Source: Candidatus Omnitrophota bacterium (GTDB taxonomy: Bacteria; Omnitrophota; Omnitrophia; Omnitrophales; Aquincolibacteriaceae). From it: 64,000 bases of DNA. This document shows, piece by piece, positions 20,755-32,240 of this stretch (position 1 is its first letter; each line of letters opens with the position of its first letter). The translations under genes and the position numbers were made by a program. The notes under the pieces were generated by a model. That model ran no database searches. It was given only the letters and a program-made list of their open reading frames with translations, and was not told where the DNA came from. The stretch is from positions 18,917-82,916 of the forward strand of contig JAKLIQ010000008.1 in assembly GCA_022709525.1 (NCBI GenBank), given 5' to 3'.

Positions 20755-20832
20755 TGGTAGCGCTAACGGGATTTAAACCCGTGTTTCTGCCTTGAGAGGG
20801 CAGCGTCCTAGATCAGGCTAGACGATAGCGCC
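20755..20832 (-). tRNA. tRNA-Glu (anticodon CTC), CCA encoded
   Basis: Read on the minus strand: GGCGCTATCGTCTAGCCTGATCTAGGACGCTGCCCTCTCAAGGCAGAAACACGGGTTTAAATCCCGTTAGCGCTACCA. Acceptor stem is 7 bp (GGCGCTA/TAGCGCC). The anticodon loop CTCTCAA gives anticodon CTC. A T-arm is present. Confidence 0.75.
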
Positions 20833-21046
20833 CCAATAACAAACTTTATGCTTTTCCCACAAGCATCAGGGCGCCCCAAAAAACACGGGGCTTGTAATAA
20901 CCTAACCCACGATTGAAAAACAAGTTGCGGGGAGAAAAAGTCATCCAAGAACTGGGGCAGTATATCTTCGCCCTCCATGAATGTCAACGACCCGCCGCCC
21001 TCTCCCGTGATCCCCGAAAAAACAAGACGGAAAAGGTCGAAAAAAG

Positions 21047-21298
21047 TTATTGCCGCGATTTATAATCGAATACAGTCCGCTCGAGATCCTGCATCCGGTC
21101 CGCCAAAAACCGATTGGAACGTTCAAGATCCGTCACTCTTCGTTCGAGATTATCGATACGGTCTTGTTTGAGGGTCTTTTCCAAATCCTTGAATTCCGCC
21201 GGGGTCCCCGTATTCTCACCCTCGGCAGCCCAAGCAACGGGAAACGCCGTCAAAAACAGTAACATCCCAAGGATCGAAATAGCCGTAATGGTTTTCAT
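21047..21298 (-). CDS. Small secreted coiled-coil protein
   Basis: 83 aa with an N-terminal signal peptide (MKTITAISILGMLLFLTAFPVAWA) and a charged helical region. No recognisable family. Confidence 0.45.
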   Translation of the reverse strand: MKTITAISILGMLLFLTAFPVAWAAEGENTGTPAEFKDLEKTLKQDRIDNLERRVTDLERSNRFLADRMQDLERTVFDYKSRQ

Positions 21299-21368
21299 AG
21301 GTCACCTCGCAGGCGTGAGTATACCATATCTTGGGGTAAGACTAAAGACCAAAGCCTAGGGGTTCTGA

Positions 21369-22394
21369 CTAACCCCGCGGATGGAATTTGGCGTGAATGG
21401 ACTTCAGGCGGTTACCGGAAACGTGCGTGTAGATCTGGGTCGTCGAGATATCGGAATGGCCTAATAGCTCCTGCACGACGCGCAGGTCGGCGCCGCGCTC
21501 AAGAAGGTGGGTCGCGAACGAATGGCGGAACGTATGCGGCGTGATCTCCTTGGTAATGCCGGCAAGCCGCGCGTACCGCTTGATCATCTGCCAGACGAAT
21601 TGCCGCGTCAGCCCTTTTCCGTTTTTCCCAAGAAAGAAATGGTTGGTTTTAGGCTTCATTTTCGAGCGAACGCGGTTTAGATAGGACTTGCAGGCCGAAA
21701 CGGCGATGCTCCCAAGCGGGACAAGACGCTCCTTATCCCCTTTACCGCGGCATTTGATAAAACCGTTGTCGAGATAGACATTTTCGATCGGAAGGCCTGT
21801 GATCTCCGAGACGCGCATCCCGGTCGCGTAAAGACATTCCAAAAGCGCGAGATCACGAATCCCCGACTCTTTTTTGGGATCCGGTGTTTTAAGAATAGAA
21901 CTCATTTCCTCGGCCGTTAAAAATTGTGGAAGCTTTTTCCAAAGCTTGGGCGATTCAAGGACGCTCGTGATATCGGTTTGCACGTAGCGTTCCTTGGTAA
22001 GAAAACGGTGGAAAAGTTTGACCGAGACAAGTTCGCGCGCAACCGAAGAGGATTCAAGGCCGCGTTTATTTTCCGCGTTCAGGAACTTCAGGATGTGATG
22101 GCGCGTAACTTTGTTCCAATCCCCCACTTTCTCTTTTTTGAGAAAGGCTCCGTAGCGGGCAAGATCCTGACGGTAGGCGGTCAGAGTATTGGCCGCCAGG
22201 CCTTTTTCGACGGAAAGATAGTTCAGGAACTCTTCGAAAAGAAGCTGGTTCTTGTCCTGGCCGCTATTTTCTTCTGACAAAAGGTTGCCAGGGCTAGCCC
22301 CATTAACCTTTAATTTTTTGAATGGAGAATGGGACTTGTCTTTGGGTTTTTCAGGGATCGCCGCTATTTTATCCATCGCTTTGAGTATCGGCAA
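21369..22394 (-). CDS. Tyrosine site-specific recombinase, XerC/XerD type
   Basis: The C-terminal catalytic region RHSFATHLLERGADLRVVQELLGHSDISTTQIYTHV is Xer-like. An N-terminal SAM-like core-binding domain is present, preceded by an unusual ~45-aa Lys/Ser-rich extension. Confidence 0.8.
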   Translation of the reverse strand: MPILKAMDKIAAIPEKPKDKSHSPFKKLKVNGASPGNLLSEENSGQDKNQLLFEEFLNYLSVEKGLAANTLTAYRQDLARYGAFLKKEKVGDWNKVTRHHILKFLNAENKRGLESSSVARELVSVKLFHRFLTKERYVQTDITSVLESPKLWKKLPQFLTAEEMSSILKTPDPKKESGIRDLALLECLYATGMRVSEITGLPIENVYLDNGFIKCRGKGDKERLVPLGSIAVSACKSYLNRVRSKMKPKTNHFFLGKNGKGLTRQFVWQMIKRYARLAGITKEITPHTFRHSFATHLLERGADLRVVQELLGHSDISTTQIYTHVSGNRLKSIHAKFHPRG

Positions 22395-22439
22395 ATCAGA
22401 GGGCGGACTGGAGACTCTGGCGGAAAGGTCGCGACGCTA

Positions 22440-23171
22440 TTATTTTTTATTTTCGATCTTTTGGAGGGCTTTTTTGAAATAGTTTTCGGCGCCTTTGATG
22501 TACTGTTCTTCGGAAATGAGGGGTTTTTCGAGTTCTTTTTGAAGTTCGCCGGTGATCTTTCCGAGCTTGACGACTTCTTCGCCCGCTTTTCGAAGAAGGT
22601 TTTTATAGCGGCGGACTGGGAACCACGACCAAAAAGATTTGTCCGTAAGGATGGTGCCGCCGCCCCGGTAGATCTCGGCAACCAGCTCAGAGCTCATATT
22701 ACGGGCGATGCGCCTGAAAAGAAGTTTGAGGACCTGGAAGTGGCTTTGTTCCGGAAAGCCGCAGTTGGAGATCACGGCAAGTTTGGGAACTTTGGTTTTG
22801 TCGATCAGATGCCGGCATTCTCCGCCCGCGTCCTTTTCAAAATACGGATCCACTGTGGGAACGAGACGGTCCATAAAATTTTTCATAAGGCCTGTTACGT
22901 TATCAACATAAAGCGGCGTAGCGAAAATGGTGAGATCGGAGCCCTGCATTTTGGGAAGAAGCTCGTCCATATCGTCACGGATCGCGCATTTACCAGGCGT
23001 TTTCAGCCAGCAGGAGAAACATCCCATGCAAAAATGGATCTTTTTATGCGCTAGGAATATATTCTCCGTTTCGGCGCCGGCGCGGCGGGCCCCTTCCAGA
23101 AATGCCTCGACCATGACATGCGTATTCCCCCTTTCCGCCTGCGGACTCCCGTTAAAAACCGTGATCTTCAT
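22440..23171 (-). CDS. Iron-sulfur flavoprotein (Isf-like) / NADPH-dependent FMN reductase family
   Basis: MKITVFNGSP flavodoxin-like N-terminus plus the compact cysteine motif CMGCFSCWLKTPGKC (CX2CX2CX7C) typical of Isf proteins. Confidence 0.65.
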   Translation of the reverse strand: MKITVFNGSPQAERGNTHVMVEAFLEGARRAGAETENIFLAHKKIHFCMGCFSCWLKTPGKCAIRDDMDELLPKMQGSDLTIFATPLYVDNVTGLMKNFMDRLVPTVDPYFEKDAGGECRHLIDKTKVPKLAVISNCGFPEQSHFQVLKLLFRRIARNMSSELVAEIYRGGGTILTDKSFWSWFPVRRYKNLLRKAGEEVVKLGKITGELQKELEKPLISEEQYIKGAENYFKKALQKIENKK

Positions 23172-23195
23172 AAAAACCGCCTTATTACTCCATGA

Positions 23196-26100
23196 TTAGG
23201 ATTGTGTTTTGACAGTATAAACCGTCTTAGGCTTCGATGATGTCGTTGTTGTGGTTGTTGTCGACGACGTGGATTGAGCTGGCGGATTGTAGGTGCTAGC
23301 CGGAGGAGAGCTGTCCTTATGTTTTCTATCGACAGCGCTGAAAACCGTATCCAGAATTCCCGGCAGAAGGCTACCCACGGGATTATAAGCGCTTGAAGTA
23401 TCTGTCCGGGTAGCCGCTTGATAAGCATCGACCCGGAGAGAACGGGTCAAGGTATTATCGCTGCGGCGGATATCTTTTTTTCTGCTGAATGGATCGACAA
23501 CAAGAGCCATTTTATACATTCCGGGCGTCGTAAACGCCGGAACATCATTTTTCCCCATGGCTTTTCCGGTTGCGGGAATATTCAACGTTGCCGGAACGGC
23601 CGCGATCAGCTGTCCGTTTAAAAGAAACCGCACTTCACTAAAAACAGCATCCAAGGGCTCTTTTTTTCTGTTCCGGACAGTATAGGAAACCCATCCGCGT
23701 TGTCCGACCATAATACGCGATACCGAATGATTGACCCCCGGGACCCAAAAGGACACATCATCCGCTACCAGATCACAATCCGCGGTTTCGGATGAAGTGC
23801 TCATCATAGGGCGACGGTCTTGTGTGTCCGTTGCGACACTTGTTCCCAAGACCGTAAAACCATGATCCTCGCTGTTATTGTCCCTATTCGTATCATTTTT
23901 CTGAAAAGGCGCCGGGTCCACAACGACATACATTGTATGTGGCCCGGTTTCCGTCAAAGCAGGAAGATCCACGCGGCCAACAGCATCGCGATGATTCGCC
24001 GGCACATTGACAATTTTATCAACATCAGCCAGGACCGCGCCGCGAGGCGTGATCACCTTGATATGGACCTTGGTGTTGTCGACGGAGCCGTCTTTTTTGT
24101 TATAAACCTTGAATTCGACATAGCCTTGCTCCCCAACGTAAGCTTTATTTCCGATATGACGTCCCGGATACCAGAAAGTCGGGATCTGTGCTTTTAAGTC
24201 GCAGACGGGTCCCGTTGGCGCTCCTGTCGGCGGCGGAGTGATGGGGACAAGGGAGACTTCGCGGCCCATGGGTTCGAGGATCCTGAAGCCTTCGACAACC
24301 TTGATATCACGTTCGATGGAATTGCGACTGTCAGAATCTGCGTGATTGCCCGGCAAAGGCGCGATGGTGAGTTTCATTTTGTGAATTCCCGGCGTCGCGA
24401 ACGAATAATCCTCTACTCGGACATACACCGGCCTATAAGGTTCATTAGCGACTGGCTGCGCCGGCCCTGCAAGTTGACCGTCCACGTAAAGTGATGCGAT
24501 GGCATACACGGGCGAATGATCGGTATTATAAAAAGTGCCAACAAGAGCACCTTTTCTCCCGACCGTTGTTTGGGTTACCGGGTCGCCGACGCGAGTGATC
24601 TCCGTGGGTGAATATTGGTTAAATTGGACATTCAGGCATGCGAGATCGTTACGCCCCCCTCTTGTCGTTAATTCAGAGTTTTGCACGTTCACAATGCTTT
24701 CTTTATGATTATTATTCTCATTGGTTTCCTGGATTCTGTTCTGCGGATCAAGGTCGTACGTAACCTTGTAGCTGCCGGCTTGCGTGAATTTGTAAGGAAC
24801 TTGGAACCATCCGTGATCATTGGCCGGCACTTCGGCCACGGTAACATTCCCTCCGGGGATAGTTCGTCCGTTCACTTTGATCGTAACACCGACATTGGAT
24901 TCATTGTAATTCGTATCATTAGCGACAAAACCCCTGAAATCCCCCGGCAAGTTGGGGATAACCGCGCTTTCATCTGTGCTGAATTCATGAAAATGGCCTT
25001 CGGCATCGGTATAACCATATTGGGCGTAACCAATATCCCCAAATCTCAAATCATGGGATTCATCGGTATAGACCGAAGCAGACGGAGGCTCGGACGGAAT
25101 AACCGTAAGCCCTCCTTCCCGTACATTGATGGTCGCAACCGCTGGATTAAGACCCCTCGCATTAGGCGCTTGCGCAGGATTAAATCCGGTCATACTAAAA
25201 GTAAGCGTATGCGGGCCCGCTTGATTAAAGACATAATGCTCTTTAACAAATCGGATATTTTCACGGGGCGCACAATGGTCGACATGATCATCATGAACGC
25301 CTTGCCCGTCGATATTCAAAAAGCGTGAGATATTATGGGCCGCTGTGTCCCCCAAATTGGTGGTAACCGAAATAATCCTTACCGGCTCGCCCACTACCGG
25401 CTCACGAACTTCATGACCATCCGCATCCATCAAAACAAAATCGGCCCAGGTAAGGTCCACTCCTTGACTGGCCGAAGGCGGGTTTGCTCCTGCGGGAAGA
25501 ACATTGACCAGAATGGGCGCGGGGCTGGGATTGTTCCGCGCATTGGCCGCCTGAGCAGGCCTGAAGCCGGTCATGCTTAAAGTCACTTGATGCTGGCCGG
25601 GCTGATTAAAAACATAATCGTTTTTAAAGAAAGGGATATTCTGACCCGGAGCACATTGCACCGCCGCGTCATTGAGAACCCCTTGGCCGTCGATATTCAG
25701 AAACCTCGAAATACCCGTTGTCGTTGTATCTCCCGAATTGACCGTGACTGAGAAAATATTGACCGGTACTCCGGCCGTCGGTTCTCGGACTTCTCGGCCA
25801 TTGGCATCGGTCATAATAAAGTCGCCCCATCCAAGATCTACGCCTTGGGTTTGCCCGCCTCCGGCCGGAGGCGCTCCTGCAGGCAAAACATTGACGGTGA
25901 CCGTCAACGGATTGGTGCCTCTGGCATTCGCGGCTTGCGCAGGGCTGAAACCGCTCATGGTAAGAGTAAACGTATTCGGACCAGGTTGGAAAAAGGTGTA
26001 GCCGTGAATGACATAAGGGGTACACTGACCCGGGGCGCACTGCGGCACGTTGTCATTGCCGCCAGCGCCATTCATGCTAAAAGAGCGCGTAATATTCAGG

Positions 26101-26810
26101 GCGGTTGTATCCCCGTTATTCCTGCTTGAGGCGATAATATTAACGGGCACTCCGACGACCGGCTCCCTCACGTCTTGGCCCGCGGCGTCCGTCATGACGA
26201 CCTGTTCCCACGTTAGGTCGACGCCTTGGGTCTGGCCTCCGCCCGGCGGATTTCCGCCCGCGGCTTGAGGCCATATAAGAGCTGACGCTTGATTGTTGGC
26301 CGGGTCTTCCGCTACGATCGGGGCAACAAGGCTTATTTTTGCCATGATCGTGCGCTCACCTTCGATGTTGAACATCCATCCTGCCGGGACCGTGGATTCC
26401 CCCACCGGAATGGGGTAATTATCTTCAAAAAGAAGGTTGTTATTTTCAATCCACTGGATATGAACGGTTACTGGGATTTGAAAACTATTAATAACATCAA
26501 GAACCAAATTTCCGGGAACTCCCACGGTGGGCTGATTGGTTCTTTGACCATTGACTTCAAACCATATGTCCCATGCCGCGATGTCATTAGCGCCGAGATT
26601 CGCGGGGCCTACGAGGCCTCCAGGGGCTACAGGACCCGCGCAGCCTCCGGTAGGTTGTGAACCGGTCGAAGTAAGTTGCCCTAAGTCGACATTGGGCTGG
26701 CAACCACCACAACCGGAAAAAGAAAAAGAAAACGACGCAACAACAAGAATAACAACCGCGAGGAAAAAAACTTTCTTCAGGATCATCATAGGGCGCTCCT
26801 CCGGATTCAT
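23196..26810 (-). CDS. Large (1204 aa) secreted/surface protein with multiple CARDB-like domains and three internal ~125-aa tandem repeats
   Basis: N-terminal signal peptide with a possible lipobox (FSGC). Recurring CARDB-type motif ends (NENNN, ETNENNN, NDTNRDNN). Three near-identical repeats (GGGQTQGVDL...PAQAANARG...). The C-terminal tail is Ser/Thr-rich (STSSTTTTTTTSS). Confidence 0.7.
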   Translation of the reverse strand: MNPEERPMMILKKVFFLAVVILVVASFSFSFSGCGGCQPNVDLGQLTSTGSQPTGGCAGPVAPGGLVGPANLGANDIAAWDIWFEVNGQRTNQPTVGVPGNLVLDVINSFQIPVTVHIQWIENNNLLFEDNYPIPVGESTVPAGWMFNIEGERTIMAKISLVAPIVAEDPANNQASALIWPQAAGGNPPGGGQTQGVDLTWEQVVMTDAAGQDVREPVVGVPVNIIASSRNNGDTTALNITRSFSMNGAGGNDNVPQCAPGQCTPYVIHGYTFFQPGPNTFTLTMSGFSPAQAANARGTNPLTVTVNVLPAGAPPAGGGQTQGVDLGWGDFIMTDANGREVREPTAGVPVNIFSVTVNSGDTTTTGISRFLNIDGQGVLNDAAVQCAPGQNIPFFKNDYVFNQPGQHQVTLSMTGFRPAQAANARNNPSPAPILVNVLPAGANPPSASQGVDLTWADFVLMDADGHEVREPVVGEPVRIISVTTNLGDTAAHNISRFLNIDGQGVHDDHVDHCAPRENIRFVKEHYVFNQAGPHTLTFSMTGFNPAQAPNARGLNPAVATINVREGGLTVIPSEPPSASVYTDESHDLRFGDIGYAQYGYTDAEGHFHEFSTDESAVIPNLPGDFRGFVANDTNYNESNVGVTIKVNGRTIPGGNVTVAEVPANDHGWFQVPYKFTQAGSYKVTYDLDPQNRIQETNENNNHKESIVNVQNSELTTRGGRNDLACLNVQFNQYSPTEITRVGDPVTQTTVGRKGALVGTFYNTDHSPVYAIASLYVDGQLAGPAQPVANEPYRPVYVRVEDYSFATPGIHKMKLTIAPLPGNHADSDSRNSIERDIKVVEGFRILEPMGREVSLVPITPPPTGAPTGPVCDLKAQIPTFWYPGRHIGNKAYVGEQGYVEFKVYNKKDGSVDNTKVHIKVITPRGAVLADVDKIVNVPANHRDAVGRVDLPALTETGPHTMYVVVDPAPFQKNDTNRDNNSEDHGFTVLGTSVATDTQDRRPMMSTSSETADCDLVADDVSFWVPGVNHSVSRIMVGQRGWVSYTVRNRKKEPLDAVFSEVRFLLNGQLIAAVPATLNIPATGKAMGKNDVPAFTTPGMYKMALVVDPFSRKKDIRRSDNTLTRSLRVDAYQAATRTDTSSAYNPVGSLLPGILDTVFSAVDRKHKDSSPPASTYNPPAQSTSSTTTTTTTSSKPKTVYTVKTQS
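25100..26260. repeat. Three tandem ~375-bp intragenic repeats inside the CARDB protein gene
   Basis: Protein-level repeats of about 125 aa at 55-70% identity imply DNA repeats. Similar DNA blocks are visible (for example ccggtcat...ttaaagtcacttgatgctggccgggctgattaaaaacataatcg against ccggtcat...gcccgcttgattaaagacataatgc). Confidence 0.5.
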
Positions 26811-26866
26811 ACGTCTCGATGAATTGATAGATACGATAAACCGATTTCCTATTTTTAAAAGAACTT

Positions 26867-27775
26867 TTATTGAGCCCTCTTAAAATAAACCACGGTGTCA
26901 CAATTAGGAACTTCATGAGCGAGTTCGCGCTCAAAATCCTCCGCCAGCGCCTGGGCCTGAGCAATGGTCATGGCCCCGTGCACGGTAAAACCAACCTCGA
27001 GAAATGTTTTTTTGCCCGCTTTACGGATCCGCATGCGGTGAAGCCCGGAAAAATTACTTTTGTGCTTTTCAACAATTTTGACGATCTTTTCGTGGATCTT
27101 TTGTGCGGGAACACTATCAAGAAGTTCGCGAATATTCGCGGCAAGGGCTTTGAGGGGAAAACGCATCACGGCGAAAGCTAGGGCGATCGCAAGCCCGGGG
27201 TCTAAATAGGCCGCAATATTGGAATGACCGGACCGCAAAAGCAAGAAACCCACGAAAAAGCCGGCAAACATGCCGATCGATAGTGAAGAATCAATAAGCC
27301 ATTGCTTTGCGGAAGTTTTCAAAAGCTGCGAACCGGTTTCTTTCGAAACTTTCAAAAGATAAAAAGCAAGACCGATCGCAATGATCGTGCACCCGAAGGT
27401 CGCGACCGTGGCCAACCCGTAGGACGCGATATGATCGGGATGAACAATATCCTGAACGGCAAAGGCAAGACCGATCACGCAGGTAAAAATGATGGCGCTG
27501 TTCTGAAGGGCCATGGTGAGCGGCTCGTATTTTTCGTACCCGAAATTATAGCGGTGATCCGGAGGGCTATGGATCTTGCGGATAATGGAACGGACCCAAA
27601 AAGTCATAAGAAGGATCACAAACCCAGTGCCGGCATCCAACAACAGAGCCACCGAGTCAATCATGATCCCGACCGTTAATGAAACAAGAAAGATAATAAC
27701 AGCACCCGCGATCGAGATCTGCGCCGCTTTTATTTCCCGCAGATCCGCCGCGATAATTTTTGTTTTTTGATTCAT
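26867..27775 (-). CDS. Cation diffusion facilitator family metal efflux transporter
   Basis: 302 aa with six TM segments and a C-terminal cytoplasmic domain. CDF signature around SLTVGIMIDSVALLLDAGTG and HSPPDHRYNFGYEKYE. Confidence 0.85.
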   Translation of the reverse strand: MNQKTKIIAADLREIKAAQISIAGAVIIFLVSLTVGIMIDSVALLLDAGTGFVILLMTFWVRSIIRKIHSPPDHRYNFGYEKYEPLTMALQNSAIIFTCVIGLAFAVQDIVHPDHIASYGLATVATFGCTIIAIGLAFYLLKVSKETGSQLLKTSAKQWLIDSSLSIGMFAGFFVGFLLLRSGHSNIAAYLDPGLAIALAFAVMRFPLKALAANIRELLDSVPAQKIHEKIVKIVEKHKSNFSGLHRMRIRKAGKKTFLEVGFTVHGAMTIAQAQALAEDFERELAHEVPNCDTVVYFKRAQ

Positions 27776-27790
27776 AAAATCACCGGGCCT

Positions 27791-29851
<2,061 letters not shown>

Positions 29852-30631
29852 CTAAAGAAGCCTGTACGCCAGTTCGGGGGGCAAACCCGCAGCCAGGATC
29901 TTTTCCGAAGCTTTCTTATTATCGTAAGGCAAACGAATGATTTCAAATGTTAATTCTTCTTCGTCAAAGATCCCGAATGAAAGCCGCGGGTCGCGGTCAC
30001 GAGGCTGGCCGATGCTGCCGGGATTTAGAACATAGCGTTCGTCTTTACGAAGCTTGAGGACGCCTTCTTTTAAGCGGCCGCCTGTTCCCTCTTTTTCGGC
30101 AAAAAACGATGGAACATGACTGTGGCCGACAAATCCATAAACGGTTTGCATAGCCAGAAAACATTTATGGGCGTCACTTTCGCTGAAAAGATAATGGAAT
30201 TCTTCCGGGTCATGAATGGTCCCATGCGCCAATGTCAGAGAACCTTCGATCTGAAGATAAGGCAGTTCCTTGACTTTCGCGGCAAGACCGGGTTTCAACT
30301 GTTTGGCGGTCCAATCGATGGCTTTCCTGGCCCAGTCCGTGAAATGCTCGCGGATCGCTTCATTGAGGACAGCCGCCTCATGGTTACCGCGCACATGAAG
30401 CGAGGCGTTCTCGATCGCCCACTTAAGACATTCGTTCGGATCGGCGCCGTAGCCGATCGAGTCCCCGAGTACAAGAAATCGCGACAGATGATGTCTGCGC
30501 GTATAACTTAGAGCTGTTTCCAGCGCTTCCAGATTCCCGTGGATATCGGCAAAGATCGCGCAGCGCATATCAGAACGCGATGGTGAACCGCTTGAAGCAT
30601 TCTTCGGGATCGGACCAATGAGCTTCAACAT
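29852..30631 (-). CDS. Metallophosphoesterase (calcineurin-like phosphoesterase)
   Basis: Motifs MRCAIFADIHGN, LGDSIGYG and GNHE. The start is probably at MRCAIF, about 60 nt inside the track ORF. Confidence 0.75.
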   Translation of the reverse strand: MLKLIGPIPKNASSGSPSRSDMRCAIFADIHGNLEALETALSYTRRHHLSRFLVLGDSIGYGADPNECLKWAIENASLHVRGNHEAAVLNEAIREHFTDWARKAIDWTAKQLKPGLAAKVKELPYLQIEGSLTLAHGTIHDPEEFHYLFSESDAHKCFLAMQTVYGFVGHSHVPSFFAEKEGTGGRLKEGVLKLRKDERYVLNPGSIGQPRDRDPRLSFGIFDEEELTFEIIRLPYDNKKASEKILAAGLPPELAYRLL

Positions 30632-30848
30632 CCCGTATATAATGTTTCATGCCGGATTCACGGATCGTCTTGAGAAATCCCACGAGATCCGCTTCCTCAC
30701 CCTCCGCGGTCACTTCTACGCGACCATCATCGAGATTGCGGACAAATCCGGTTATGGGAAAACGCCGGGCAAGACGTTCGGCCGTAAAGCGAAATCCGAC
30801 GCCCTGAACGGTCCCGCTAAAGAAAACCTGCATCCGTTTCCGGGTCAT
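30570..30848 (-). CDS. acyP: Acylphosphatase
   Basis: 92 aa. VQGVGFRFTAERLARRFPITGFVRNLDDGRVEV matches the acylphosphatase signature. Confidence 0.8.
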   Translation of the reverse strand: MTRKRMQVFFSGTVQGVGFRFTAERLARRFPITGFVRNLDDGRVEVTAEGEEADLVGFLKTIRESGMKHYIRDVEAHWSDPEECFKRFTIAF

Positions 30849-31411
30849 GACAGAACCGTTTTTTGTTTAAGGCAGTTTCGGAAATGATAAGCCACGATCC
30901 CGAAAGCGACGGTAACATTCAGGGAATTTTTCACCCCCGCCATATCGATCTCAACGGTCTTGTCGCAAAACGGCAATAAAGACTCGGAAACACCTTCAAT
31001 CTCATTGCCAACCACAAGACAAACGGGGCCGGACGGGTAATAATCCTGAAAAGAAATACTTTCGGCGGTCTGTTCGAGAAGGACAACGCTATAACCTTTC
31101 GTTTTTAGTTCCTGCAATAATTCGGAAGCGTCTTTCCGGTATTCCCAAGGAATTTCTTTTTCAGCGCCGAGTGCCGTTTTGGAGATCTGCGTATCGGGAG
31201 GATGGCCGGTAATACCGCATAGCCATAATTTTTCTAATCCTGCGCCGTCGGCGGTGCGAAAAATGGACCCAACATTATAAAGACTGCGGACATTATTCAG
31301 GACCGCGCAGAAAGGAAGTTTTGATTCTTTTTGACGTGTGCGCTGGCGCGCTAAAAGCTCAGGATGGCTTAGCTTTCTCATAAGCACGGAAGGGTCCTTG
31401 ATCCCAGGCAA
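30845..31411 (-). CDS. SpoU/TrmH-family RNA 2'-O-methyltransferase
   Basis: 188 aa with SPOUT motifs LNNVRSLYNVGSIFRTADGAG and VVGNEIEGVS. Confidence 0.75.
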   Translation of the reverse strand: MPGIKDPSVLMRKLSHPELLARQRTRQKESKLPFCAVLNNVRSLYNVGSIFRTADGAGLEKLWLCGITGHPPDTQISKTALGAEKEIPWEYRKDASELLQELKTKGYSVVLLEQTAESISFQDYYPSGPVCLVVGNEIEGVSESLLPFCDKTVEIDMAGVKNSLNVTVAFGIVAYHFRNCLKQKTVLS

Positions 31412-32183
31412 GATACCGACGGTAGCCCCAATGATAGAGCGACTCGGGAAGACGCGTAAAAAACCACATCACGATCTTCCACCATGACGGGACATAAGCG
31501 ATCCTTTTCCCTTTTTGGATCGCTTGATAAATATCGTTCGCAGCCTGCTCCGGAGAAATGATCCCGAAAAGCCCTTTCCGGCCGCGGATCATTTCGGTAT
31601 CCACAAAGCCGGGACGGATATCGATGACTTTAATGGGGGTTGCCGAGAACTTTTGCCGCAATCCTTCCATGTAATTGGACATGAAAGCCTTGGAAGCGTT
31701 ATAAGCCGGCGCGCGGCCGCTCCCCCGGTGGGAAGCCACCGAAGAAATGCCGACAATACAGCCCGCATGATGTTCCGCAAAATAATTTGCGGCGACGTTC
31801 GCGATACCTGCAAAACCAAGCGCATTGACTTTGATCATTTCCTCCTCGGAATTCCAATTTAATCTTTCATTTTGGAAATGAACGCCGGCGTTGATGATGA
31901 TCAGGTCCATACCGTGAAGGATCATGATAAGATTGCGCAATGTATGCATAGCCTCGCGCAGATCCCGCACATCAAGTTCGCGCGCGATACTTTCCGCGGG
32001 AAGTTCTTTCTGGAGTTTTTCCAGCCTTTCAAGTGAACGGCCGGTCAATCCCACCACATAGCCCTCCGAAGAAAGCTTTTTGGCAAGCGCGCGGCCGATA
32101 CCGGTACTTGCTCCGACAATAACCGCCTTTTTCCTGGAATGATCCATATCTGATTTTATCTCACATTTCGAGGTTTGAGGCAT
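31359..32183 (-). CDS. Short-chain dehydrogenase/reductase (SDR)
   Basis: Rossmann motif KKAVIVGASTGIGRALAKKL and the catalytic YNASKAF motif. The start is probably at MDHSRKK. Confidence 0.8.
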   Translation of the reverse strand: MPQTSKCEIKSDMDHSRKKAVIVGASTGIGRALAKKLSSEGYVVGLTGRSLERLEKLQKELPAESIARELDVRDLREAMHTLRNLIMILHGMDLIIINAGVHFQNERLNWNSEEEMIKVNALGFAGIANVAANYFAEHHAGCIVGISSVASHRGSGRAPAYNASKAFMSNYMEGLRQKFSATPIKVIDIRPGFVDTEMIRGRKGLFGIISPEQAANDIYQAIQKGKRIAYVPSWWKIVMWFFTRLPESLYHWGYRRYLAWDQGPFRAYEKAKPS

Positions 32184-32240
32184 AAAAAAAGCGCCGTTGC
32201 TGGAAAGTTCCGAAACGGCGCCTTTTTAGAAGAAAATAAA

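Noticed and set aside
21369-22394. Calling the tyrosine recombinase next to tRNA-Glu a phage integrase with a defined prophage
   Set aside because: The C-terminal catalytic motifs are those of chromosomal XerC/D (LGHSDISTTQIYTHV). No phage structural, terminase or repressor genes follow, and no att repeat could be identified by eye. It is kept only as a low-confidence island hypothesis.
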